From Tubiluchus corallicola (Eukaryota; Animalia; Priapulida): a stretch of 64,000 nt of DNA. The first letter of the stretch is position 1. Every line of letters starts with the position of its first letter. Shown here one piece after another: positions 1-11,285 of the stretch. Position numbers and translations under genes: made by a program. The stretch lies in assembly GCA_030141605.1 (NCBI GenBank), contig JAQGDQ010000596.1, forward strand, positions 1-64,000, given 5' to 3'. The notes beneath the pieces are model-generated. The model ran no database searches and was not told the DNA's origin. It worked only from the letters and a program-made list of their open reading frames with translations.

Positions 1-365
1 CTTCCTCGAGGGAGGCGAGGAGCAAGTGGACAGTCAGCTTCACACTCAGTCAGTCACACTCAGTTTCCTCGAGGGAGGCGGGGAGCAAATGGACAGTCAA
101 CTTCACACTCAGTTTCCTTGAGGGAGGCAGGGAGCAAATGGACAGTCAGCTTCACACTCAGTATCCTCGAGGGAGGCGGGGAGCAAATGGACAGTCAACT
201 TCACACTCAGCTTCCTCGAGGGAGGCGGGGAGCAAATGGACAGTCAACTTCACACTCAGCTTCCTCGAGGGAGTTGGGGAGCAAATGGACAGTCAGCTTC
301 ACACTCAGCTTCCTCGAGGGAGGCGGGGAGCAAATGTACAGTCAGCTTCACTCTCAGCTTCCCGA
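1..365. repeat. 49-bp minisatellite, about 7 copies visible (extends left of the window)
   Basis: Unit cttcctcgagggaggcggggagcaaatggacagtcaacttcacactcag; period 49 (211 to 260). Confidence 0.9.
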
Positions 366-614
366 GGGCAGCATGGACTCCCATTTCATCACATTCAACT
401 AGTTCACCATTACAACAGTAGACTGCAAGGTTGCGCCTTCTTTACACTTTACACATGAACATCAGGGATATATTCTGATTTAAAATAATTTTGACATGGG
501 AAAAAATAAGGGGAGGGGGACGCACCCACTGCACCCCTTCCTGGATCTGCCTATGCTGCTTACTAAAGCTTCAATATTTAGCTACTGTACCAGAATCACT
601 GCTTAGAAAATTAC

Positions 615-716
615 CTTGTCACCTTTATCACCTTTCATACCAGGTGGACCAATGAGACGACCATCTGAAGGCAAACCTAGACCATCAGTACCAGAACTGG
701 GACCACTTTGATTCTC
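615..716 (-). CDS. Mp: Multiplexin exon (ENQSGPSSGTDGLGLPSDGRLIGPPGMKGDKGDK); gene continues left of the window
   Basis: aaatag acceptor, AAG|gtaatt donor, 102 nt, in frame. Confidence 0.87.
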
Positions 717-884
717 CTATTTAAAATAAAACCAACAGATTTTTCACAAAATTCTATACAAACTATAACATCTGCACTTACCTATAATCAATAATGCAGT
801 AATCTCAGCTCAAAATAGTTTAATTAAAATAATAACTGATTTTAAAAACAATAGCTACCATGATGATGTGAGGTATGCACTTAC

Positions 885-1001
885 AATATCTGGGCGTGGC
901 CAGCCTGGGCCGGGAGGACCGGGTGGACCGACTGGTCCAGTTGACCCTGGCAGGCCATCTTTACCTCTCCGTCCTTTCTCTCCTTTTTGACCGACTGCAC
1001 C
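885..1001 (-). CDS. Mp: Multiplexin exon (GAVGQKGEKGRRGKDGLPGSTGPVGPPGPPGPGWPRPDI)
   Basis: cattttag acceptor, ATT|gtaagt donor, 117 nt, Gly-X-Y. Confidence 0.9.
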
Positions 1002-1117
1002 CTAAAATGAATAAATAAAACAAGTTGCAGCTGTTCAATAACTGATTGCTTTTTAATCCAAGTTTATTTTCCATTGATTAGAACATCTCATCAGCAGCTG
1101 CACTCGGTACTCGTTAT

Positions 1118-1428
1118 TAATAAGTCTTTTCACAGTTCCAGCGATTGATGCTGATTGTGAAAAGGTCAAAGGTCAAGTGTTCTTTCTTGTTCTTTCTCCT
1201 GTTCTTGTTCCGAAGCAAGATCCTGCTAGAATCACTCTGCACACAAACTAATGCATAATTAAGTAAAGTCCATGTAAAACAACTGAAGTTACTGAACTGA
1301 TGCGGCAAACGCTTTGCTTTACACACGTTATGTGACAGTTCTAATTAATACGTGTTGCTACAGTATACTTAACCTTTGGCCTGCAGCAATTTCGCTTGTG
1401 CACAACGAAACTGTGAAAAGACTTATTA
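1118..1428 (+). mobile_element. MITE family A, about 310-440 bp, superfamily unclear. Other copies about 12475-12912, 14869-15240, 15974-16353, 45754-46150, 52008-52390; partial copies at 5742, 20513, 25322
   Basis: TIR taataag(c/t)cttttcacagtt at both ends; shared internal sequence in both orientations across the window. Confidence 0.85.
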
Positions 1429-1669
1429 AGATACGTAATGATACAGCGTCACGCACCATGACAAAAAAATCTCAATCTTTTATAAAAGAAATTAAATGCA
1501 TCCAAAAACAAAAACAAAAAAACAGTGATTCATTCTACCTATTTTACAAAACCATTAAAATATTTATATTTAAAAAAATATAATAAAACAATGCAATTTT
1601 AACGAAACAAAACAGGTAACAGAATCATTAATTGCATTTATACTAATAAGGATAAAAAACCATGCATAC

Positions 1670-1732
1670 AGGAAAACCAACGGGACCACGATCTCCCTGA
1701 TCTCCCTTGACGGGTGGTGGCGGCTTTCTATC
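1670..1732 (-). CDS. Mp: Multiplexin exon (DRKPPPPVKGDQGDRGPVGFP)
   Basis: ttttatag acceptor, CCT|gtatgc donor, 63 nt. Confidence 0.87.
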
Positions 1733-1875
1733 CTATAAAATGTGTAAATTATAATTACAGCAAAAAAATTGTTTTTGATAAAAAAGCAGAAAACAAAAAC
1801 AAAAACTCAACAAAAACGTAGCATGCAAATTAGCAGTGTCCCTTCAAATATGTCAAGATTGTCAAACATTACAAA

Positions 1876-1950
1876 ATGATGATGATGATGATAATGATGA
1901 TGACAACGACAACGATGATGATGATGGTGATGATGACGATGATGATGATA

Positions 1951-2036
<86 letters not shown>

Positions 2037-2100
2037 AATGATGATGATCATGATGATAATGATAATGATGATGATGATGATAATAATAATAATGATGATA

Positions 2101-2138
<38 letters not shown>

Positions 2139-2226
2139 AACAATGATGATAATTGATGGTGATGATGATGATGATAACAATGATGATAATGATGATGATG
2201 ATGATGATGATGACAATGATGATGAT
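1876..2226. repeat. (GAT)n microsatellite
   Basis: Direct inspection. Confidence 0.97.
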
Positions 2227-2454
2227 ATTTCATATACCGTCTAAATCTATAGGCAACACAACTGACAATATTCAAAGATGCTTCACAAAGATATCTAAAA
2301 TCATCATGACGTCTTGAAAAAAGTTTACAAGATTAAACAGTAATCCTACCAAATTTCATAAAATTACAATAAGTAAATATAGATAAAAAACATACAGATT
2401 CATAAAATACAAACATATAATGATGAATCAAAATTTCGATTGCTTCAAAGATTA

Positions 2455-2590
2455 TATGTTATCTTAAAAAAGTTTGTTTTAATCTGTATTTTAAAAGTGT
2501 TAGTGTTCGAGAATGTCATGGTATGAGTAGGCAGGTTGTTCCACAGAGTTGATCCTGCGACAACAAATGACGTATCATCCATAGTGGAAC
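2455..2590 (-). mobile_element. 3' fragment of a CR1/L2-type LINE ORF2
   Basis: Minus strand translates to DDTSFVVAGSTLWNNLP...FKIQIKTNFF*, resembling the GDRAFSVAGPxLWNxLP...FKxxLKTxLF motif. Confidence 0.7.
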
Positions 2591-2965
2591 AGGTCCTGTA
2601 ACAGCATATGACCTATCACCCATAACGGAACAGGTCCTGTAACAGCAAATGATCTATCACCCATAACGGAACAGGTCCTGTAACAGCAAATGATCTATCA
2701 CCCATAACGGAACAGGTCCTGTAACAGCAAATGAACTATCACCTATAGAACCCATAGTGGAACAGGTCCTGCAACAGCAATTGACCTAGAACCCATAGTG
2801 GAACAAGTCCTGCAACAGCAAGTGACCTACTACCCATAGTGGAACAGGTCCTGTAACAGCAAATGACCTACTACCCATAGAGGAACAGGTCCTGTAGCAG
2901 TAAATGACCTATCACCCATAGTGGAACAGGTCCTGCAACAGCAATTGACCTAGAACCCATAGGAA
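2570..2965. repeat. 41-bp minisatellite (about 9 copies) derived from the truncated 5' junction of that LINE
   Basis: Unit cccatagtggaacaggtcctgtaacagcaaatgacctatca; its reverse complement encodes MGDRSFAVTGP. Confidence 0.85.
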
Positions 2966-3260
2966 ACATTGAAACATAAATATACGAGGACAGACTGAAT
3001 GGTTTCACTGCCTTCGCAGTATTAAGAAACTTCGTGCACACTGGACTCACATTAATTCATCAATTCATAGCATCTTTCACTTGAGCCTGTGGCATGAAGC
3101 CCACACACCAAGAGGGACCCAATTTGAACAAATCTGTCTAATTGGCTTAAGACTGGCCCTCGTCCGACCAAGGTTAAGGTATTTGCCACTTTGCCTCATT
3201 TAACACACATTTTGAAAGACTGAAGATTTTAATGCATAACTGTTTAGATTTATCACTTAC

Positions 3261-3395
3261 ATACGGTCTCGTTCCGCCGAAGACTTCAGCTGCTGTTTCA
3301 TTTTGACACCCGCAAACGCCCGGCAAGCCACGTGGTCCGGGTAGCCCCGGTGGACCCCTCGGTCCAATCGGCCCGGGCACACCCATGCCCAAATG
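3261..3395 (-). CDS. Mp: Multiplexin exon (HLGMGVPGPIGPRGPPGLPGPRGLPGVCGCQNETAAEVFGGTRPY)
   Basis: tttcag acceptor, TAT|gtaagt donor, 135 nt; overlaps track ORF 3174..3392. Confidence 0.9.
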
Positions 3396-4034
3396 CTGAA
3401 ATTTATAAGATAGAATTAATTAAGAAATTTTAAAACAATTGAACATCTGCAAGTGGATGAAAATACACTCATATCTCGGTTTGCCAGACATCACTTTTAT
3501 GGATATCAGAAGAATCAGACAAAATCTGGACAACTACATAGTCCGCTGACCACTAGTGCTTACAAACAAACTGTACACGATTGCTTCTACAGATAAAAAT
3601 AGTGCATAAAAGCGAACTTAGACGACATAAAAATAGTAAAAGCTCATCGGTCATACAAAAGTATCTTATTTAAATATGTTCAGAAAACATAGAATCAATT
3701 AAGCGGAGTTATTTGGGTCAATTGCCAACAGTTTTTATATATATTACATAGGAACGGCCCATACTAGACGTTTTTGAGACAATGAGACGATTGACTCTAA
3801 TTGTCTCATCTCCCCGCTTCTACGTTACCATGAGTCTAACACACGGCGCTAACTATATTAGCTTAGTATTGGTAAATACGGTCAATCGGCAAATTCGGAC
3901 TGACGTCTCCCGGCTTTTGTCCGGCAAACCGAGCGTAATTTTAAATAAAATTCTTGCTGGAATCCATTTCACCATGAAGAATTTCTTAATTAAGAAAAAC
4001 AGATAAAACGATGTAATAAACTCTCTCAAGATAC

Positions 4035-4151
4035 CCCATCGCCAGATGTAAACATTCCATCTACAGAAAGGCCAGACCCGTCCGGTTGGTAAGCTGTTCC
4101 AGGTGGTCCGGGCGGTCCGGGTAATCCTGGAGGACCGATAATGCTTTCACC
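4035..4151 (-). CDS. Mp: Multiplexin exon (GESIIGPPGLPGPPGPPGTAYQPDGSGLSVDGMFTSGDG)
   Basis: gttttag acceptor, GGG|gtatct donor, 117 nt. Confidence 0.87.
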
Positions 4152-4374
4152 CTAAAACGAATGGGCAAAATAATAAACAGAATAATCAAACATGAGCACT
4201 GGCATCTCATGCTAAATGGTTGTCTGATAATTTATGATTAGTCACATCCGAAGCAGCAAATGTGAATGTGACCAGGATGCGAAGAATCATAAATTAGCCA
4301 AAACAACAGACCATTCGTATAACTATGTCATCACATTATGCGTAGATGAATTACATATATAATATAATACATCG

Positions 4375-4913
4375 CTAAAGGAAAACTAGACAATTGATTA
4401 CACACAATGTCATTTTAATTTACTGTCCAAAATATACCTTTTCTTGCCTATAAAAGTTAACAATTGCTTCTAATATATGAATAATTACCTTGGAATGTTA
4501 ATTAACGGCAATCGAATACAGTTATCACTTATGTCACAAATTAACTACAGTTTGGGCAATGGTAGGCATCTTCCCTGCACGTCAAGCACGTTTGCATTAA
4601 AGAAGATTGCTGTAAGACACACTGATGTGATGTGACGAAAATGAGCTGTACATCACACTGACTTCGCAGACGCACACTGCACTATCACGGTACAGCGCCT
4701 ATTTGACGCCCTCGCAGATGTGGAAAAGGTGCCTTTGCCAGTCTTAGCTGATTCGCCGAACCACACATAGCTTTGAAAGTTTAATTAAATTTAACTATCG
4801 AGGTAATTATTATTTGAACCAAGCTTTGATATAAAAAGTGTTGTAGTTTTCAATATTTTAGAGCATACATTATTTTGAACTAATGTTTACACAATTATCA
4901 TGCTTTCCTTTAA
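4375..4913 (+). mobile_element. Kolobok-like non-autonomous element, family K1. Other copies about 21070-21446, 21884-22185 (-), 22784-23316, 41536-41720, 43700-44041 (-)
   Basis: Consensus termini TTAA|AGGAAAACCGGACGATTG ... ATCGTCCGGTTTTCCT|TTAA; homologous interiors. Confidence 0.7.
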
Positions 4914-5014
4914 CAAAAACGCACCATGTAAGTTACTAAATCTGTGGAATACCATATTGCCATTCAGTTCAGTGACAATAAAAAACATGAAAAATGAATA
5001 TTCAAGGTTCCTAC

Positions 5015-5167
5015 CCTGTCACCTTTTGCTCCCTTCCTTCCTGGCTGTCCGGGCATGCCAACAGGTCCTGGAGGTCCCGGAGGTCCGGGTATTTGTATTC
5101 CGTCGCCAGAGCCACCGCCAAACCAACTACCAACGCCATTACTACCACCAGGTGGGCCCGGTTCACC
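5015..5167 (-). CDS. Mp: Multiplexin exon (GEPGPPGGSNGVGSWFGGGSGDGIQIPGPPGPPGPVGMPGQPGRKGAKGDR)
   Basis: 153 nt, in-frame interrupted Gly-X-Y; AGG|gtagga donor. The acceptor (cctggtag) has a weaker pyrimidine tract. Confidence 0.87.
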
Positions 5168-5600
5168 CTACCAGGTATTTCAATATAAAACACAAATCAT
5201 CTTCACTAGTCGATTAAAGCACAAGTACATGAAAGTATTGCATGAATTTTGATAATAATAATTCAACAAAAAAACAAGCAAACAAACAGACAGATTTTAC
5301 TGCAAAATGGGAACAAAACAGAAAAAGAATGAGTGTCACTGGTACAAAAATTAAAAAAGAACGAGGGGGGAATTAAGAAATTCCAAGGGTTCATCGCAAC
5401 AAAAATGAAACAGTGAGGAGAAAATGAAAGAAAAAGTGAGAGGGAGAGAGAAGAGAACCAGAAAGAAAGAAGCAGAAAGAAACGGATAAAGAAAACTTTT
5501 GATCACTTTGATTTATGATGACCAAGGCAGTCGATATGATGCTAAGAACAGACAGACAAACAATCGATCATAGTTATTACACACATCCTGTTAAACATAC

Positions 5601-5707
5601 CCGCTCTCCTTTAATTCCAGGTGGTCCAGTCAGTCCTTGATCTCCTTTTTCTCCTTTCAGTTCGAACATCGGCGGAGGAGGACCAATTACAGGAGGAGGA
5701 ACAATCG
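5601..5707 (-). CDS. Mp: Multiplexin exon (AIVPPPVIGPPPPMFELKGEKGDQGLTGPPGIKGER)
   Basis: ttttcag acceptor in phase 1 matches the previous exon; CGG|gtatgt donor; Gly-X-Y. Confidence 0.9.
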
Positions 5708-6152
5708 CTGAAAAAAATGATGTCATAAAAAAAATGGCAAGTAACCCCTTTCACAGTCACAGCGATCGATGATGATCGTGAAAAGGTCAAAGGTTAAATG
5801 TACCAAACAACGCATTTGTGTACACTTGACAACGCCTGACAGTCTAAGCTATTCTAATAGCAACAGTTTTAACAGCTAGCTACAACCTTACCTAGTTCAT
5901 TTTTTGTTGTTCCCAATCAAGATCCTGCTAGTAAATGACAGACTAATTCGCAATTAAGCAAAGCAAACATACAATAACTGAAGTTGCTGAACTGATGTGA
6001 CAGAAGGCTTCGTTTTACAGACATGACGCTTATAGTTAAGTCACATTGCTGAGGTTTATTTATGGATAAATTTATAAATAACTGATATCACAATGTTCAA
6101 CACAAACAGTTTGCAATAGATTACCATAACAATAATCTAGAAGAAGCAATAC

Positions 6153-6297
6153 CTGGTCGTCCTGGCTCTCCCTTCTGGCCTTTAGATCCTTTGACACCTT
6201 TCAGAAACGGAGCAGCTCCACTGCCTAGTGGTATCAGACCATAGTCATTCTCTATGTCACCTTCTCCCAGAGCTGCTACCATCGAATCATAATCAGG
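6153..6297 (-). CDS. Mp: Multiplexin exon (PDYDSMVAALGEGDIENDYGLIPLGSGAAPFLKGVKGSKGQKGEPGRP)
   Basis: tttttag acceptor, CAG|gtattg donor (phase 1); first Gly-X-Y run. Confidence 0.88.
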
Positions 6298-6519
6298 CTA
6301 AAAAATCAGCAATTGAAAACATTATCATAAGTAGTATTTATAATTGTGGAAGTGGCAATGAGCCTTAGAGATTAGACAGTACTGTACTGTGATGACTGTT
6401 CTATACTATACTCTACATTAGTTTATTGTACATTATATGAATTAGACAGTACTGTACTGTGATGTACATTAGTTTATTGTACATTATGTGAATTCACGTC
6501 TTTTAATGTCAAAATACTT

Positions 6520-6915
6520 TCTTTTTCTTCAAGGTCTCATTCCATCTATTGTAGGCACTGAGACATTTACATTTATTAGAATATTCCATCCACTTCTATC
6601 TGCAGCTAGTATCCAGCTTCTATCTTCTATCCTAAAGATAGATTTGGTTGAACTTGTTGAACATCTTTATTTATCTTAGCTATCCAAGTTGTTTTTGGTG
6701 TGCCAGGTGGTTTTTTTCCAAGGTTTTAAGGCTTCCTTTAGGGCGATTCTTACTCGTACTTCACTTGGTAATCATAGGTGTCCTAGCCATCTTAATCTTC
6801 AGATCTTGACTTTTGAGCTCCAAGAAATTTCTTTTGTTCTAGTGTATAAATCTTCATTTTGATTGCATACGGCCGTCTTATTCTCTAAACTTTCCTTAGA
6901 AGACTTTCGTCAAGT
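6520..6915 (-). mobile_element. RTE-like LINE 3' remnant, same family as 28390-29600
   Basis: Nearly collinear with 28410-28800; encodes degenerate RLRWLGH...PG.PKTTW. Confidence 0.7.
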
Positions 6916-7481
6916 ACAATAAACATGAGAAGTACAGAACATAAACTCAAAAACCCACGCGCCAGTTGCTATGGTAACGATCTGAACGCCAGCTTTGTTA
7001 CCATAGTACTGGCGTCTTTCGTTTTAAACGCAGCAATCTTAGCGCACCATATAAACACCAATGTTAGAGCACTAAAACTGGACCTAAGGAACTGCTCGGC
7101 TCGACGGCATGCGATTTTATTACGTTTGACTACATATTTGTTTGGAATTTAAATCAACAACAACGACAAAAAAACAAATTTCTTGAATTTTAGAAATAAG
7201 CTCAGGTAATAAGAGGATTATTAAGTAAGCCAACGGAAGTCAGGAAAATCTTATCGTACCAAATGAAATTAATAAAATTTGTGAATAAACAGAATAAACT
7301 GTACCAGCTGAACTGGAATCGCTTGGGAGATTGGTTTGGTTTGGCTAACGCTTTTTAGAACACGAAACATTTTGCTCGGCCCTAATAATAACAGACTGTA
7401 TGAATTAGTTTTGAAAATATTGACCGTCCCACACGATAACATAAACAAACGTACAGAAGAAGTGAATTTGAAGAACAATAC

Positions 7482-7520
7482 CTTTTGCCCTGGCTCAGCT
7501 CCATTCCCACTTGCTACAAA
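7482..7520 (-). CDS. Mp: Multiplexin short exon (FVASGNGAEPGQK)
   Basis: Poly-T+ag acceptor, AAG|gtattg donor, 39 nt, keeps the frame. Contains a Ser-Gly motif as expected after the TSPN domain. Confidence 0.75.
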
Positions 7521-8594
7521 CTAAAAAAACATAAAATGAAATTTACGACTAAAACAAAACAGAACTCATACCTAACTATACTAAAACATAACTCATACCT
7601 AATGAGTGGGAATTCCACAAAATAATTTAAATGAGCAAACACAAAATACAATACAGAGAAAACGTGTTTTTCACTCAACAGTAGAGTTGCCACTCCGTCA
7701 TGAACCGAAGTCACGAGTGGTGGCAACCCTACTGCACAATTTTACAACTGAATACATGAAAATAAAAAACACTCTAATGGATAATCTAAATTATAAATGA
7801 TTAACAAAAATTGAATGTGCAAAAAACGCAAAATTACGTAAAATTAAATCGCGTGTCAGTCGCACAGGGATCTCCTTAAGTGGGACTGTGGGGTTCCTCA
7901 AATTTTATGTTAATTCAGCTTTAAAATTTATTAATAGTTCCTATAGTCATTACTTTACCGACAATGGTGATAATGACGTCATTATTATTATTATTACTAT
8001 TATTATGATTATGATTTATTTTTATTATTATTACTATTGTTGTTGTTGTTGTTGTTGTTTTTATTGTTACTATTGATATCGTTGTCATCGTTGTTTGGCA
8101 CAGCACTGGCTTTCACCTCGACATAGCCTTTCTGTTTCTCTGCAATTCTTCCTTTTCGTTCTTTTCATCCATCCCTCTCTTCGTCCTTTTCCATTCTTCT
8201 TGAGGTGGCCTTTAATTTAAGCGGCTGCACTACCATTTTAGCCCTCCTCAGGCACACAGCTTTACTATTAATTTTGTAATTTACAGATTTAAGTTATTAC
8301 AGAAAGTTATTACTAAATAAATAAATCTTGAAATAAATATTGAAATCTTGAATTTTACAGCTCTCGTAAAGTTTGTATGATCGTGATTTTGTGTACCTGA
8401 TTTTCTTCCAGGCTTGTTAATGGCAGGTTATTCCACTTTTGGAGCACACCACGGTGCACCAAACTCCTAACATTTTACTATTTTATCTGTGCATTATTAT
8501 TTTGTTATAAGTACAAATAAAAATAACTTCATTCATTCATTTCATACGAATATGAATATAATATAAATATAAAGTATATAAAACTACATGCATT

Positions 8595-9751
8595 CACTGA
8601 CGTAACTAATGGGAGAGCAGAGGGAACGGGGGGCAACCACTCCTTCTAGCACGCTTTTCGAAATGGGCATCTTTTCAACAACTTTTTATTTCATTTGTGC
8701 AATTGCTAAGCGAAGCTTTAATCGATTGAAACAGATAAAATCCTATCTTCTTTCTACAATGGTGGAGGATAGATTGTCTGGGTTAGCTTTGCTCTCCATT
8801 GAAAGAGAGTTGGTTACTCAGGTGGATTATAACAATAGTTACTTTTCTAAAATGAAGCCTAGATGAAAGAAACTGTTGTAGTTCCTTCATAATCGCTGTA
8901 TTAACAATTGTTTGATAATTATGTGTCACGGCGCCTTTTCTTATGCTGTGCTCCCCCTAACTTTAGACCTGGCTACGCCCCTGTCAAAGCGCCTTTTCTT
9001 ATGCTTTCCCCCCTACCTTTAGGACCTGGCTACGTCCCTTTCACGGCGCCTTTTCTTATGCTGTGCCCCCTAACTTTAGGACCTGGCTACGCCCCTGTCA
9101 CGGCGCCTTTTCTTATACTTCCCCCCTAACTTTAGGACCTGGCTACGCCCCTTTCACGGCGCCTTTTCTTATGCTGTGCCCCCCTAACTTTAGGACCTGG
9201 CTACGCCCCTGTCAAAGCGCCTTTTCTTATGCTTTCCCCGATAACTTTAGGACCTGGCTACGCCCCTGTCACGGCGCCTTTTCTTGTGCTTTGCTCCCCT
9301 CTAACTTTAGGACCTGGCTACGCCCCTGTTACGGTACCTTTTCATGTACTTTGCCCCCCTAACTTTAGGACCTGGCTACGTCCCTGTCACGGTACCTTTT
9401 CATGTGCTTTGCCTCCCCCCTAACTTTAGGACCTGGCTACGCCCCTGTCACGACACCTTTTCATGTGCTTTGCCTCCCCCCTAACTTTAGGACCTGGCTA
9501 CGTCCCTGTCACGGTACCTTTTCATGTGCTTTGCCTCCCCCCTAACTTTAGGACCTGGCTACGCCCCTGTCACGACGCCTTTTCATGTGCTTTGCCTCCC
9601 CCCCTAACTTTAGGACCTGGCTACGCCCCTGTCACGGTGCCTTTTCATGTGGTTTGCCTCCCCCTAACTTTAGGACCTGGCTACGCCCCTGTCACGGCGC
9701 CTTTTCACGTGCTTTGCACCCTCTAAATTTTAAAACCTGGCTACGCCTCTG
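8595..9751 (+). mobile_element. Deleted hAT transposon: transposase dimerisation-domain remnant plus tandemly amplified 3' end
   Basis: About 8700-8866 encodes KRSFNRLKQIKSYLLSTMVEDRLSGLALLSIERE (hAT C-terminal dimerisation motif). 3' terminus ctggctacgcc(c/t)ctg; degenerate 5' end cactgacgtaac; possible decayed 8-bp TSD catgcatt/cacgtact. Confidence 0.75.
8925..9751. repeat. 56-62-bp tandem array, 14 copies, each ending in the hAT TIR
   Basis: 14 occurrences of ctggctacg(c/t)ccctg-like termini from 8969 to 9737. Confidence 0.92.
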
Positions 9752-10734
9752 CACGTACTGTTATAGCTCTGATCAAGTTGGTCCTCACCTGTAAGTACAG
9801 AAGGTAAAATAACTACCTAAGTGTAAATGATTTCAAATCACGTAGAAGCCATGCAACCTTGGCATGATACTAATCCCAATCAACGAGGTTTAGACACCTA
9901 AACGGTAACAGTTACAGTGAATAAGTCTTAATCTTCCATCGCACAAACATGTATTTTGGTGATTCAGAACTTGAAATTCAAGAAGATGACGATTTCTCGG
10001 ACACGTGCGTGAGATAAAATAACTCGAATAAAACTGAAATATTGCAGTTTTCAAGCTGTTTTCAGAGAATTTGATGACTAATATGGACTAATTGTTTTTC
10101 TTCTAGTCAACAGATCAATGAGCTTTCGGAGGATGGTTCTAGCGACGTTGTTGACAGGAATCATCAGGAAAAGGATTTCCAGGCTGACCGGGACTATAAT
10201 ACACACGACTTTATAAGGATTCGAACAATTATGCGAATTGAAAACTTCATAGCCAGAGAACGAGAAAGGTTAAGGTCTTTTCACATGGCAAAATTTCTCG
10301 TGAGGAATTCCGCTGCCAGCTAGAAGCTATGCGTCCTCCTCGTGAGGAATTTTGCCGCATGATAGATATACTGCATATTCTGCAGTATAAATTCTATTTA
10401 ACTTCAAAATGTTCATATCTTCTTATGCTGTAGGTGCTTACCTTGAGTGGACATTGGATTTGTTTGGCGCGTTTTGTTTAAAAAATAACTTGTTTTATAA
10501 TAACCTTAATCTCTAATGGTTCTTCTATGTACACGAATTACAAGTTCTGTGTGTAAAGCACAACTTGCACAATTGTGCACAATTCAATAGTTTGTACCTT
10601 AGTTTCCTAGTACAACGACAGCATGGAAAGTTTTCATCCCTTTTTACAGGAGCGCAAGAAAGGACAGGGAATTAACAAAATGGGAAGCCAAGTTTGAGTA
10701 AGCATCAAACGAACTCTGTAAATAGTGCATCTGT

Positions 10735-10741
10735 ACATGTA

Positions 10742-10812
<71 letters not shown>

Positions 10813-11090
10813 ATATGTATATGTATATGTATGTGTATTGTATGTGTATGTGTATGTGTGATGTTGTATATGTATATGTATGTATATGTATCGTATATGT
10901 ATGCATATTATCATATTATCGTATGCGTACTACGTTCGATGACGTGTACGCCACGTACGCGTATGTGTATATGTATATGTATATAAGCATATGTATATGT
11001 GCGTATATGCTGATATTTAATATACATACACACATGCATATACGCACATATACATATACTTATATACATGTACATATACATATACTATAC
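10735..11090. repeat. (TATGTG)n/(TATA)n microsatellite with a partly self-complementary tail
   Basis: Direct inspection. Confidence 0.9.
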
Positions 11091-11114
11091 AATTACATGC
11101 TGTTGTAATAATCG

Positions 11115-11285
11115 CATCATTGCAGTCAACATCAATGAGTCATTGTAGTCGTCGCCCTCCTTGTACTGTTATCATCGTCATCGCTTGTTGTTGTTTGTCA
11201 CATCATTGCAGTCAACATCAATGAGTCATTGTAGTCGTCGCCCTCCTTGTACTGTTATCATCGTCATCGCTTGTTGTTGTTTGTT
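11115..11285. repeat. Near-perfect 86-bp tandem duplication
   Basis: catcattgcagtcaacatcaatgag... at 11115 and 11201. Confidence 0.9.

Noticed and set aside
1836-2275. Poly-D/M/I/H ORFs, and similar ORFs at 10.7, 40.4, 44.4, 53.4, 54.2, 60.4 and 63.6 kb
   Set aside because: Translations of microsatellites.
4900-5252. Plus-strand Pro/Gly-rich ORFs
   Set aside because: Antisense shadows of the collagen exon 5015-5167.
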